Source: an uncultured Alphaproteobacteria bacterium (GTDB lineage: Bacteria > Pseudomonadota > Alphaproteobacteria > CAAHEQ01 > UBA3637). Taken from it: a stretch of DNA of 64,000 nucleotides. Shown here one piece after another: positions 17,501-27,297 of the stretch (position 1 is the first letter of the stretch; each line of letters begins with the position of its first letter). The notes under the pieces were generated by a model. The model saw only the letters and a list, made by a program, of their open reading frames with translations, ran no database searches and was not told where the DNA came from. The stretch is from NCBI GenBank assembly GCA_944391735.1, contig CALXUR010000001.1:14924-78923 (forward strand), written 5' to 3'. A program made the translations under genes and the position numbers.

Positions 17501-18208
17501 ATGATAGAATTTTACGTTTCCTCGGATACCGAAAAACAAAAACTAATGGATATTTTTTGTGTCGCCCCTATCGGGAAATCTTTAATGGAACGAGCAAAAC
17601 AATACCATTTCCCCCCGGATATGGCAAAGAAAATGCAAACAAGTCCTCGGATCCAATGGGATGAGGCGTTAGAAGAGTTGTTGGAGACAACATACTTAAA
17701 ATATAAAAACGATCTCGAGGTCGCCCACTCTTTTTTTCATTGCTTCTGGAATAAAAACGGAGAAGCTTATTTATCAAAACTCGACTCTTTTTTCGGGGAG
17801 AGATTTCCGGATTATCGCGTTTTACTGGCATGTTATTTAGATGTTGTTTCCAACTGGAAAGAGTGTAACATCGTGATTAATCATGCCCTGTATAAAAAGG
17901 CAAATGTGTTATACTCTGTTTACGGCATTCTTTTTGAAATGGTTTTATCTCAAATTTTTATAAAAATACGCACCCTTAAAAATAAAACAGAAATGTCCGA
18001 TAAACAAGTATGGGGACGTTCGGAACTGGCCGCTTGCGCTATTTTAAACAAATTATATCCGGCATTTCAAAATTCCGTGAAAACAGGGTATCCCGAACTT
18101 GATTCATCGATGCCTTTATTTTTGGAGGTAATTCAAAAAGCGACGCATTTAACGCCTTTTTTAAACGAAACAATCAATCTGACACTCCCGTTTGATAGAA
18201 AAGAATGA
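17501..18208 (+). CDS. Hypothetical protein (235 aa)
   Basis: A long ORF tightly packed between its neighbours; its stop overlaps the next ATG. No motif recognised. Confidence 0.5.
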   Translation: MIEFYVSSDTEKQKLMDIFCVAPIGKSLMERAKQYHFPPDMAKKMQTSPRIQWDEALEELLETTYLKYKNDLEVAHSFFHCFWNKNGEAYLSKLDSFFGERFPDYRVLLACYLDVVSNWKECNIVINHALYKKANVLYSVYGILFEMVLSQIFIKIRTLKNKTEMSDKQVWGRSELAACAILNKLYPAFQNSVKTGYPELDSSMPLFLEVIQKATHLTPFLNETINLTLPFDRKE

Positions 18209-18567
18209 CAGAGAAAATGGAAAATTTATTTAGGAAACTGTCAACCTCTCCTTTCAGAAGTCGTTTTCATTTGACAGACATCGATCGGAAATACATTCGT
18301 GAAAAAGGAATGGCCGTTATTCGCCAACACGCTGAAGATTTTATTACCAAACGCTTGGCACCGGCCGAACCATCCCATGACGGTCGGCAAACACCTATGC
18401 GCGGTCATCCCGTTTTTATTGCTCAACACGCGACGGCAACGTGCTGTCGACAATGCTTGTTTAAATGGCACCATATACAACCGCATATCCCCCTTTCAGA
18501 AACACAACAAATCTATATTGTTGATATTATCATGTGTTGGATTGAAAAAGAAAACGGTGCTTGTTAA
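18205..18567 (+). CDS. DUF4186-family protein
   Basis: 'RLAPAEPSHDGRQTPMRGHPVFIAQHATATCCRQCLFKWHHI' matches my recollection of the DUF4186 signature. Confidence 0.7.
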   Translation: MTEKMENLFRKLSTSPFRSRFHLTDIDRKYIREKGMAVIRQHAEDFITKRLAPAEPSHDGRQTPMRGHPVFIAQHATATCCRQCLFKWHHIQPHIPLSETQQIYIVDIIMCWIEKENGAC

Positions 18568-18579
18568 AAAGCACCGTTC
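18552..18579. terminator. Bidirectional hairpin between the convergent DUF4186 gene and clpB
   Basis: Stem aacggtgc/gcaccgtt flanked by A and T runs. Confidence 0.5.
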
Positions 18580-18595
18580 ACTTTGTCCCATTCAT

Positions 18596-21106
18596 TTACC
18601 GAGCAGACAAAACCAATTTATTATCCTGAACCGTAACAATAACCGTTGTATCATCCGGAATTTCCCCCGCCAACAATTTAATCGCTAACGGGTTTTCCAC
18701 TTCTTGCTGAATCAATCGTTTCAACGGCCGGGCTCCGAATTCGGCGTCATACCCGTTTTCGGACAGCCAATCCTTGGCCTTGTCATCCAAATGCAACCGA
18801 ATATGATGATCCTCCAACCGGTGTTGCAGGCGGGCGATTTGAATATCCACGATTTGCCGGATATGTTCTTTCCCAAGCGGATGGAATCGGATAATTTCAT
18901 CCAATCGATTCAAAAATTCCGGCTTAAAAAACGTCTTTAACTTGGCCATCATATCTTTGTCTTTTTCATTGACAATCAGGTTGGACGTCAAAATAATAAA
19001 CGTATTCTTAAAATCGACAACACGTCCCTTACTGTCTGTTAAACGACCTTCATCCAAAATCTGAAGAAGTAAATTAAAGACATCCGGATGCGCCTTTTCA
19101 ACCTCGTCAAACAAAATAACCTGATAAGGCCGACGGCGCACGGCCTCCGTCAAAACGCCGCCTTCATCATAACCGACATATCCCGGAGGAGCACCGATTA
19201 ACCGGGCAACCGCGTGCTTTTCCATATACTCCGACATATCGATGCGAACATAGGCCGATTCCTCATCAAACAAAAACGCCGCCAACGCTTTGGCCAATTC
19301 CGTTTTTCCAACCCCCGTCGGCCCCAAGAACAAGAAAGATCCGATCGGTCTGTTCGGGTCTTTCAATCCCGCACGTGACCGACGAACGGCGTTTGCAACC
19401 GCCGTGATGGCGTTGTCTTGCCCGATAACGCGGCGCGCCAGTTCTTTTTCAATGTTCAATAGCTTTTCCCGTTCCGAACTCATCAATTTATCAACGGGAA
19501 TTCCCGTCCATTTGGACACGACACCGGCAATCAAATCGGGCGTGACCGTTTCGGGTGCACTGTGTTGTTGATTGAGTTGGTCAAGCTCGGCCAACTTGGC
19601 CTGCATTTCGGGAATATCCTTATACTGTAGCCGGCCGGCCAAATCATAATTCCCCTCCCGGAAAGCCCGATCAATATCGATTTTAGCCCGATCAATCTTT
19701 TCACGCAACGCATTCGCGTCACGCACAGAGTTTTTGGCCGCCAACCATTTAGCCGATTGATCCGCCGATTCCTTTTCCATTTTGTTAATACTTTGTTCGA
19801 TAACTGCCAACCGATCCCGGGACGCTTTGTCCTTTTCTTTTCGCAAAGCCTCGCGCTCAATTTTCAACTGCAACAATTTGCGATCCAATTCATCCAGTTC
19901 CTCCGGTTTTGAATCCAACGCCATTTTGAGCTTGCTGGCCGCCTCATCCACTAAATCAATGGCTTTATCCGGCAAAAAACGATCCGCGATGTATCGGTTC
20001 GACATCACCGCCGCCGCAACCAACGCCGCATCGGCAATACGCACACCGTGATGAATTTCATACTTTTCTTTAATGCCGCGCAAAATAGATATTGTTTCTT
20101 CAACCCCCGGCTCGCCGACATAAACCGGTTGAAACCGACGGGCAAACGCTGCGTCTTTTTCAATATATTTTTGATATTCTTTCAGCGTCGTCGCACCGAT
20201 ACAATGTAATTCCCCCCGAGCCAAAGCCGGCTTTAACAGGTTTGACGCATCCATAGAGCCTTCACTGGCCCCTGCCCCGACAACCGTATGCATTTCATCA
20301 ATAAACAGAATAACACCGCCGTTGGAGGCCGCAACCTCTTGCAGAACGGCTTTCAGACGCTCTTCAAACTCACCGCGGTATTTCGCACCGGCAATCAAAG
20401 CCCCCATATCCAAAGCCATCAGCCGTTTATTCGCCAAACTTTCGGGAACATCCCCGTTAATGATACGCAAAGCCAACCCTTCAACAATAGCGGTTTTACC
20501 GACCCCTGGCTCGCCGATTAAAATCGGATTATTTTTGGTTCGACGAGACAACACCTGAATCGTATGGCGGATTTCTTCATCACGACCGATAACGGGATCC
20601 AGTTTTCCCTGCCGCGCGCGATCGGTAAAATCGATGGCATACCGTTTCAAAGCCTCAAAACTATCCTCGGCCGTCGGTGATTCGGCGGTCCTCCCCTGTC
20701 GCATGCCGTTAATAACCTCGTTTAACTTTTTTAAATCAACGCCTTCGTCCTTTTCGGCCAATAAAGCCTGCAACAACCGTTCAACCGTTACATACGCGTC
20801 TTTGGCTTTATGCGCGATTTGCTCTGCCCGATCTAAAACGCGTAGTAATTCTTGGGAAGCCGACACTTGAACCGATGAACCGGACACTTTCGGTAACTTA
20901 TCTAACGCCTCATCCACCGAGCGGCTGATATCTTCGACACGGGCACCGCTTTGTGTCAACAGCTGTGCTGCCAATCCTTGTTTATCATCCAACATCACCC
21001 GCATCAAATGCGCCGGCGCAATATACGGGTTAGACAAACGGGCGGCCAACGTTTGTGCCGATTGTAAAAATCCCTTTGATCTGTCAGTAAATTGTTCTAT
21101 ATTCAT
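18596..21106 (-). CDS. clpB: Chaperone ClpB
   Basis: Two AAA+ modules ('[15 protein letters not shown]', '[15 protein letters not shown]') with a coiled-coil middle domain. The start was chosen at the second ATG, 6 nt after GGAGA. Confidence 0.95.
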   Translation of the reverse strand: MNIEQFTDRSKGFLQSAQTLAARLSNPYIAPAHLMRVMLDDKQGLAAQLLTQSGARVEDISRSVDEALDKLPKVSGSSVQVSASQELLRVLDRAEQIAHKAKDAYVTVERLLQALLAEKDEGVDLKKLNEVINGMRQGRTAESPTAEDSFEALKRYAIDFTDRARQGKLDPVIGRDEEIRHTIQVLSRRTKNNPILIGEPGVGKTAIVEGLALRIINGDVPESLANKRLMALDMGALIAGAKYRGEFEERLKAVLQEVAASNGGVILFIDEMHTVVGAGASEGSMDASNLLKPALARGELHCIGATTLKEYQKYIEKDAAFARRFQPVYVGEPGVEETISILRGIKEKYEIHHGVRIADAALVAAAVMSNRYIADRFLPDKAIDLVDEAASKLKMALDSKPEELDELDRKLLQLKIEREALRKEKDKASRDRLAVIEQSINKMEKESADQSAKWLAAKNSVRDANALREKIDRAKIDIDRAFREGNYDLAGRLQYKDIPEMQAKLAELDQLNQQHSAPETVTPDLIAGVVSKWTGIPVDKLMSSEREKLLNIEKELARRVIGQDNAITAVANAVRRSRAGLKDPNRPIGSFLFLGPTGVGKTELAKALAAFLFDEESAYVRIDMSEYMEKHAVARLIGAPPGYVGYDEGGVLTEAVRRRPYQVILFDEVEKAHPDVFNLLLQILDEGRLTDSKGRVVDFKNTFIILTSNLIVNEKDKDMMAKLKTFFKPEFLNRLDEIIRFHPLGKEHIRQIVDIQIARLQHRLEDHHIRLHLDDKAKDWLSENGYDAEFGARPLKRLIQQEVENPLAIKLLAGEIPDDTTVIVTVQDNKLVLSAR

Positions 21107-21129
21107 AACCATTCTCCTTTTATGTTAAA

Positions 21130-21158
21130 ACATAAGTATATATTCCCCTTTTTTCAAG
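21130..21158 (-). promoter_or_regulatory. Possible RpoH (sigma-32)-type heat-shock promoter for clpB
   Basis: The minus strand reads CTTGAA, an N-spacer, then CTTATGT. This resembles the alphaproteobacterial CTTG-N17-CYTATNT pattern, but the spacer here is 18 nt. Confidence 0.4.
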
Positions 21159-21167
21159 AGGGAGGTT

Positions 21168-21207
21168 AAAAAATACCCCCGATCAGATAATCGGGGGAGT
21201 CTTTTTT
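21168..21207. terminator. Bidirectional terminator hairpin downstream of the flavodoxin-like gene
   Basis: Stem cccccga/tcggggg flanked by A6 and T6. Confidence 0.6.
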
Positions 21208-21215
21208 AGGAGTCT

Positions 21216-21839
21216 TTATATTTGATTCAACCAATGCGTGATTTTATTTCGAACGGCTCCATCATATTCAGAACCCATGTTGTTAAAGGATGCCCCTTGT
21301 TTAAGATTGGCCTGCCGTGCTTTGCGTTCAAAATCGGCAAAAAAGGTGCCCGCATTGCTACCCTGTGTAGAAAAAGGAACGATCGTTTTTCCTTTGAAAT
21401 CAAACTGATTCAAGAAAGACAACATTGGGGTTGCCACGGTATACCACCAAACAGGGGCTCCGACAAAAATCGTATCATAGGTGGATATATCCGGAAATTC
21501 GGTCGCGATGGTTGGATAATTTTTCATATCTAATTGACGCTTTAATGTCAGATAGAACCACGGATACCTGTTAATTGTTTTTTGCGTTTGAATGCGAAAC
21601 AAATCCCCTTGCGTTTGACGGGCGATTTCCTGAGCAATGGCGGCTGTGTGCTCGGTCAGAGAATAATAAATCACCAAAACTTTGCCCAAATGGCCGTCAT
21701 AAGCGGTTGACGCAACGGTATAGGGGGCCATTTCGGTCCGATTACGCACCGATACCCGATACATATGCAACGCCCCGATAGCACCTGACACGATAATCAA
21801 AACGCCGATTATAATTAAAAACAGTTTCATCATGGTCAT
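21216..21839 (-). CDS. Flavodoxin-like protein with N-terminal membrane anchor
   Basis: An N-terminal hydrophobic helix is followed by a flavodoxin-fold pattern ('VLVIYYSLTEHT', 'GAPVWWYT'). Confidence 0.6.
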   Translation of the reverse strand: MTMMKLFLIIIGVLIIVSGAIGALHMYRVSVRNRTEMAPYTVASTAYDGHLGKVLVIYYSLTEHTAAIAQEIARQTQGDLFRIQTQKTINRYPWFYLTLKRQLDMKNYPTIATEFPDISTYDTIFVGAPVWWYTVATPMLSFLNQFDFKGKTIVPFSTQGSNAGTFFADFERKARQANLKQGASFNNMGSEYDGAVRNKITHWLNQI

Positions 21840-21856
21840 CTCCCCCCCTTTTTATA

Positions 21857-22393
21857 TCATACGTTTTTGCCCATTTCATAGGCCTCATCAAAAGCCGGTG
21901 TTTTTTTAACTTCGCCTTTCTGCCAGGCACCCACACCATAGATGATCCCTTTCTCATGGGCGTTATCCAGACAATCCGCCGTAAACCCGCGGAACCCTTC
22001 AATGACTTTGTGCATCATACCCCGATCCGTATCGGCAGCCGCCACAATAAAGTAGAAATCTTTATCGCTGATTTCCGTATACCGCGGCACACACCGGTCA
22101 ATAAACGTCTTCATCTGTCCGTCCATACCGTAAAAATAAACGGGTGTTGCCAAAACAATCACATCGGCGTTTACCATTTTATCCAACAGATCGACCATAT
22201 CATCTTTTTGAATACAACGATGCGTTTCGTTGCATACACCGCACCCAAGGCAAAAATTGATTTTCTTTTCCTGTAAGCGAACCTTTTCCACCTGATGACC
22301 CGCGGCAATAGCACCCGCCATAAATTGGTCGCATAATATATCCGAATTACCGCCTTTGCGCGGGCTACCTGAAATAATTAACACTTTTTTCAT
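21857..22393 (-). CDS. NADPH-dependent FMN reductase / iron-sulfur flavoprotein family
   Basis: 'MKKVLIISGSPRKGGNS' plus a 'CLGCGVC' Cys motif. Confidence 0.7.
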   Translation of the reverse strand: MKKVLIISGSPRKGGNSDILCDQFMAGAIAAGHQVEKVRLQEKKINFCLGCGVCNETHRCIQKDDMVDLLDKMVNADVIVLATPVYFYGMDGQMKTFIDRCVPRYTEISDKDFYFIVAAADTDRGMMHKVIEGFRGFTADCLDNAHEKGIIYGVGAWQKGEVKKTPAFDEAYEMGKNV

Positions 22394-22394
22394 A

Positions 22395-23525
22395 TTACTC
22401 TCCTTTCACAGCTTGATCATATTCTTCATCCGTTACCGGCTCTAACCAATCCACTTTGTTCGTCGCCCCGTTTGTTTCCAAAGAAACATGTGTGAACCAG
22501 CTGTCCGGTGCCGCACCGTGCCAATGTTCCGTGTTAACGGGAATCCGCACGACGTCCCCTTTGTTTAACCGACGCGCCGGACGTCCTTTTTCCTGATAAT
22601 ATCCCGAACCGTCCAAAACAAGTAAAATCTGTCCGCCCGTATGCGTATGCCAATTCGTCCTAGCCCCGGGTTCAAACGTCACATTTGCCATTGAAGCGTG
22701 CCACACGTCATCATATTCACTCAACCGTGTCAAATACGTTGTGCCCGTAAAAAAGCGACCGTAGGGATTTACCTCTCCTTGGGCAAAAACCGTGTCAATA
22801 TCGGCCACCGGATTTTGGATCTTTTCCGGCGCGATGAAGCTGTCCAAAACAGAGCGCGCCTTGTCACCCGGTGTGCCCAGTTCGTTTTGAACAATGGTTA
22901 AAACCGCCCCGATTTGATCCGCCGTAAGCCCCGTATTCATTGCACCGGTCATATGCGCTTTTAACATCGGCCGAACATTTCCAATCGCCGCCAAAGCCGA
23001 TACGGTCGCTAATTCGCGGTCTTGAATTGACAAGACGTTCCGACCGAAAATATCGGCAAACAAATGCTCTTTCAAAAAAGTATCCGTTGCCGGCACCGTT
23101 ACCGCATATCCGGCAACACCTTTTTCCGGGCCGAACAGTTTTTCAACCACGGATTTTCCATAGGCATACCGATCCGTTCCGGCCGGCAAAGTGTGCGGTT
23201 CCTCCCCGATTGTATCCGACAGCCCCCGTTTTTGCCGTTCGGACAAAACATCCGTCAATGTGTTAATAGCACTCAAACTTTTCGGAAAACCGGTATACGC
23301 ATACATTTGAAGCAAAATCTCTTTTTCATCGTTAACCGTCAACCCCGCGTCCAAACCTCTGTTTAATGCCGTTTTCAATTTTTCCTGATTACCGGCAGCC
23401 GTCAAAGCCGCAATAGACGCAATAGACTCCTGCCGTGGTGTTAAAAGTGTTGTCATGGTTTCTGCCTTTCCTCTTAAAACAAAACACGTTAAACAAATTA
23501 TCAAAAGAATAGATAATTTTTTCAT
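22395..23525 (-). CDS. Secreted carboxymuconolactone-decarboxylase-like (two repeats) + cupin fusion protein
   Basis: A signal-peptide-like N-terminus is followed by two CMD-type helical repeats. The C-terminal cupin is 'FEPGARTNWHTHTGGQILLVLDGSGYY...HWHGA'. Confidence 0.65.
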   Translation of the reverse strand: MKKLSILLIICLTCFVLRGKAETMTTLLTPRQESIASIAALTAAGNQEKLKTALNRGLDAGLTVNDEKEILLQMYAYTGFPKSLSAINTLTDVLSERQKRGLSDTIGEEPHTLPAGTDRYAYGKSVVEKLFGPEKGVAGYAVTVPATDTFLKEHLFADIFGRNVLSIQDRELATVSALAAIGNVRPMLKAHMTGAMNTGLTADQIGAVLTIVQNELGTPGDKARSVLDSFIAPEKIQNPVADIDTVFAQGEVNPYGRFFTGTTYLTRLSEYDDVWHASMANVTFEPGARTNWHTHTGGQILLVLDGSGYYQEKGRPARRLNKGDVVRIPVNTEHWHGAAPDSWFTHVSLETNGATNKVDWLEPVTDEEYDQAVKGE

Positions 23526-23527
23526 TT

Positions 23528-25300
23528 TTACCCCCGCTTCAAAACAGATTGAATATCGGACACAATTTGCTCCGGTGTCAAGTGGTTTCTTTCATACAAA
23601 ACCGATTCCGGCATCCGATCCGTAAATTCTTTTCGACCGCCAAACGTTAACACCTTCATATCAGAATGACCGTAAAAACGGGCGATTTTCTCTCCAAATC
23701 CACCATCCAGTTGCCCGTCCTCCAATGTAACGACCAATCGATGATCGGCTTTCAATTCGTTCAACAAATCCCGATCCAATCCCGTCATATAAACCGGATT
23801 AATCAGTGTTGCCCGAATACCGGCTTCATCCGCCAGTCTTTGACAAACCGTATGTGCCAGTCCGAAGAAATTGCCCAACCCTAAAATGGCGACATCTTTT
23901 CCTTTTTCCATCACCTTAAACCGATTTAACAAACCGTAGTTTGTCGTATCCGGCCGACCTGACGACACAACATCCCCGAACGGAACACGAATGGCAACTG
24001 GATGTTCCGTTTGCGACATAGACCAATCCAACATCGCCAAATATTCCTCCTTTGTCGTCGGAGCCAAATACACCATATTCGGGATATTGCTGATCAAAGG
24101 AATATCAAAAGATCCCAAATGCGTTGCATCCGCACCGGATAAACCACCCCAAAAAACAAGAATCGTCGCCGGATTTCGGTTCAAAGCCAGATCTTGGGAT
24201 AATTGATCGTATGCACGTTGAATAAAAGAACTTAATACCATCATGACGGGTTTTCCACCGCCGGCCGCAATACCGGATGAAAAAGCGACGGCGTGTTCTT
24301 CGGCAATACCGACATCGGCATAATGAATCCCGGCTTGTTCCCGAAAAGCCGGCGTCAATCCGGTGGCTCCGGGTGTGGCCGGAGAAATGACAACAACCCG
24401 ATGATCCTCCCGATACTTTCGCGTTAAAAAATCACGTGTGATACTGTTATAATCCTCCGCCATAACCGGCACCTGTCCGGACTCTGCCGCCTCTACACCA
24501 CCGGGCACAATCCAATGAAACTGCTCTTTATTCCTCTCTGCAACGGCAAGTCCTTTTCCTTTAATCGTATGCATGTGAACCACAACCGGATGATTGATAT
24601 TTTGAACCGATCGAAAAACGGCAATCAGATTTTCTAAATCATGACCATCGTCTATATACCGATAATCAAAGCCCATTGCTTTAAAGAAATTACAATCCGC
24701 CTGTCCGTTCGTTTCCCGCAATAATTTTAAATTGTGATACAATCCTCCGTGATTGGCAGCAATAGACATATCATTATCATTGACAACAATAATCATATTA
24801 CTTCCTAAAACAGCGGCATTATTCAACCCCTCATAAGCTTCACCGCCGCTGAGCGACCCGTCACCAATAACGGCAATAACATTTTCCTTGCCTCCCTGTA
24901 AATCACGCGCTTTGGCCAATCCGCAAGCCAAACTGACCGACGTCGCCGTGTGACCGATTGTAAATAAATCATACGGACTTTCCGCCGGATTCGTGTATCC
25001 GGATACAGACCCGTATTTTTCGGGGTTTGTAAAAGCCTCACGCCGTCCCGTCAACATTTTGTGCGGGTAGGATTGATGGGACACATCAAACACAATTTTA
25101 TCCGACGGTGCGTCAAATACATAATGCAAAGCGATTGTCGCTTCAATCATACCCAGGTTCGGCCCCATATGGCCCCCCGTCATGTCCACTTTACGAATTA
25201 ACGCCGCTCGCATTTCTTCGGCTAAAACCGTTAATTCCGCCATTGAAAGCCGTTTTAAATCAGCCGGTGAATTTATTTTTTCCAATACTGTCATATTCAT
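23528..25300 (-). CDS. 1-deoxy-D-xylulose-5-phosphate synthase-like ThDP enzyme (short, divergent)
   Basis: 'GGHMGPNLGMIEATIALHYVF..DKIVFDVSHQSYPHKMLTGRR' and the ThDP motif 'IGDGSLSGGEAYEGLNNA'. At 590 aa it is shorter than typical Dxs. Confidence 0.75.
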   Translation of the reverse strand: MNMTVLEKINSPADLKRLSMAELTVLAEEMRAALIRKVDMTGGHMGPNLGMIEATIALHYVFDAPSDKIVFDVSHQSYPHKMLTGRREAFTNPEKYGSVSGYTNPAESPYDLFTIGHTATSVSLACGLAKARDLQGGKENVIAVIGDGSLSGGEAYEGLNNAAVLGSNMIIVVNDNDMSIAANHGGLYHNLKLLRETNGQADCNFFKAMGFDYRYIDDGHDLENLIAVFRSVQNINHPVVVHMHTIKGKGLAVAERNKEQFHWIVPGGVEAAESGQVPVMAEDYNSITRDFLTRKYREDHRVVVISPATPGATGLTPAFREQAGIHYADVGIAEEHAVAFSSGIAAGGGKPVMMVLSSFIQRAYDQLSQDLALNRNPATILVFWGGLSGADATHLGSFDIPLISNIPNMVYLAPTTKEEYLAMLDWSMSQTEHPVAIRVPFGDVVSSGRPDTTNYGLLNRFKVMEKGKDVAILGLGNFFGLAHTVCQRLADEAGIRATLINPVYMTGLDRDLLNELKADHRLVVTLEDGQLDGGFGEKIARFYGHSDMKVLTFGGRKEFTDRMPESVLYERNHLTPEQIVSDIQSVLKRG

Positions 25301-25484
25301 CTCCTCATATTATTTGACCGCGTTTTATCGATTCGGTGTTACCATACCATTTAAAGTTCACTCTAAGTCAAGAACTTTTTTCAAAAAAACATTTTTTATA
25401 TCGTATTAAAAGTGAAACTCAACCACAACTATTTATTCTTGACACCTCTTCTTTTTTATGCAATCCTGACTTTCGGAGTGAAAA

Positions 25485-25814
25485 ATGACAACAACATTAA
25501 CCGAAAAACCAACATTAAAAGAGATTCAGGATTATGTTTTAGCCACCAAAAAAGAACGTGGTTTTAACACGACGGACAAATTTTATGAATGTTGTCTGTT
25601 GGCCGAGGAATGCGGTGAACTGATTTCAGCGGTACGCAAAAACAACAAAGGCGGTTCGGTGGGAAGCGGGTCGACCATCGGGAACGTCGCGGAAGAACTG
25701 GCCGATGTTCTAATCTATCTTTGTTCTTTGGCCAATATGCACCAAATCGATTTGGAGCAAGCGTTCCGGGACAAAGAAGAAAAAAACAAACAACGTTCAT
25801 GGAAACGTCTGTAA
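25485..25814 (+). CDS. MazG-like nucleotide pyrophosphohydrolase
   Basis: 'LLAEECGELISAVRK' and 'EELADVLIYLCSLANMHQIDLEQAFRDKEEKNKQR' match the MazG EExxE and ExxxD helices. Confidence 0.75.
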   Translation: MTTTLTEKPTLKEIQDYVLATKKERGFNTTDKFYECCLLAEECGELISAVRKNNKGGSVGSGSTIGNVAEELADVLIYLCSLANMHQIDLEQAFRDKEEKNKQRSWKRL

Positions 25815-26339
25815 ATGAAACTTCTGATCATCGGTCTGTTGGGCAGCGGTAAATCCTCTCTGGCTTGGTATATCAACAAACAATACGGACTTCCTCGACT
25901 CAACTTGGATGAGATATTTCGCACGCCAGGCGGTGGATACGCTACTCCCGAAGAATATCAGGGCAAACTGGATTCTTTTCTAAACACCCATACCGATTGG
26001 GTGATTGAGGGATGTCAATTTGAATTATACGAACATATCCGGCCGGATACCGTTATTGTGATGGATATATCCGGCATCCGCGCCGCATGGCGATTTACCC
26101 GACGTTTCTTTCAGGCCAAACGTTTAATCGGACAATCGATAGCCAAGGATGCGCCGGTTCAAGCCTATCATTATCGACATCCGACCCCGGCCAAAATATG
26201 GGATTGGTATTGCTGTAATAAGGTTATTCATAACCAAATAACGGCTTGGTTAAAAACAATTTCGGCACCGGTGATAACGGTTTCTTCTTTCCGCGAATAC
26301 ACAAAAATAGATCGAATCTTCAATCACAAGCATATCTAG
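25815..26339 (+). CDS. P-loop kinase, FlaR/adenylate-kinase-like
   Basis: 'MKLLIIGLLGSGKSSLA...RLNLDEIF'. The ATG directly abuts the MazG-like stop. It has the same architecture as 15974..16465. Confidence 0.6.
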   Translation: MKLLIIGLLGSGKSSLAWYINKQYGLPRLNLDEIFRTPGGGYATPEEYQGKLDSFLNTHTDWVIEGCQFELYEHIRPDTVIVMDISGIRAAWRFTRRFFQAKRLIGQSIAKDAPVQAYHYRHPTPAKIWDWYCCNKVIHNQITAWLKTISAPVITVSSFREYTKIDRIFNHKHI

Positions 26340-27142
26340 CCCGTTATCATCAACACAACAGCCATCAAAAACATTCCGGCAAACAAACCGACAATCGCCG
26401 AATGATCGCTGTATCGATGAGCGGCAGGCAATAACTCGTCAAAAGAGATATAAATCATGATACCCGCCACAACCGCAAAGATACCTCCCAAAAAAGCGGG
26501 ATTGATAAACGGGTATAAAATCCAATACCCGACGACACCGCCCAAGGGTTCCGCCAAACCGGACAAGAAAGAATAAACAAACGCTTTTTGGCGACTGCCC
26601 GTCGCATAAAAAACGGGAACGGAAACGGCCATTCCCTCCGGAATATTATGGATAGCGATCGCCAAAGCAATCGGCAACGCTATTTCCGGCATTGACAAAG
26701 CAGACATGAACGTGGCCAGACCTTCCGGAAAATTATGGAGTGCCAACGCACCGGCCGTCAACAATCCGACACGCAACAAGCGTCCGCTATGCCCCCGGTA
26801 TTTCTTCAACCGCGTTAAAGCATGATGATCATGATTTCTATCATGCGGATTTTCTATTTCGGGAATGATCAGATCAATACCGGCCGTCACAAGGACGCCC
26901 CCGAAAAACAATAAAATCGTCATCCATTCGGCTTGTATTCCCCGATAAACACCGGCTAATACGGCGATTGAGTGCGGCAACAGGGAAACTAAAGAAACAT
27001 AGATCATGACACCGGCCGAAAACCCCAAGGCTAGGGATAAAAAACGAATATTGGAACGGTGCGTTACAAAAGCAATCAGTGACCCGATACCGGTTGATAA
27101 ACCGGCCAACAGCGTCAAACCGAAAGCAAACCCAAAAGACAT
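26336..27142 (-). CDS. zupT: ZIP-family zinc transporter ZupT
   Basis: A multi-TM protein with 'ALHNFPEGLA' and 'AIHNIPEGMAV' ZIP signatures. Confidence 0.85.
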   Translation of the reverse strand: MSFGFAFGLTLLAGLSTGIGSLIAFVTHRSNIRFLSLALGFSAGVMIYVSLVSLLPHSIAVLAGVYRGIQAEWMTILLFFGGVLVTAGIDLIIPEIENPHDRNHDHHALTRLKKYRGHSGRLLRVGLLTAGALALHNFPEGLATFMSALSMPEIALPIALAIAIHNIPEGMAVSVPVFYATGSRQKAFVYSFLSGLAEPLGGVVGYWILYPFINPAFLGGIFAVVAGIMIYISFDELLPAAHRYSDHSAIVGLFAGMFLMAVVLMITG

Positions 27143-27297
27143 GATAAACTCTCCCCGTTCCCAAAATATGTTTCCCTTTTATAAAACACAAGACCCGACC
27201 GGGCATGAAAAAAGAAGAAAAGAGCAAATAACATTTGACTTTCAAGAGGATTTTTTATATGCTTTTGCCAATTGTGTTATTAAAACAGGAGTCATAA

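Noticed and set aside
18704-20870. Several 77-109 aa ORFs on the + strand, plus one frame-shifted minus-strand ORF, inside clpB (for example 19290..19571, 19531..19860, 20322..20558).
   Set aside because: They lie wholly within the strongly supported clpB gene, have low-complexity Arg/Ser/Pro-rich composition, and have no start-site context. They are shadow ORFs.
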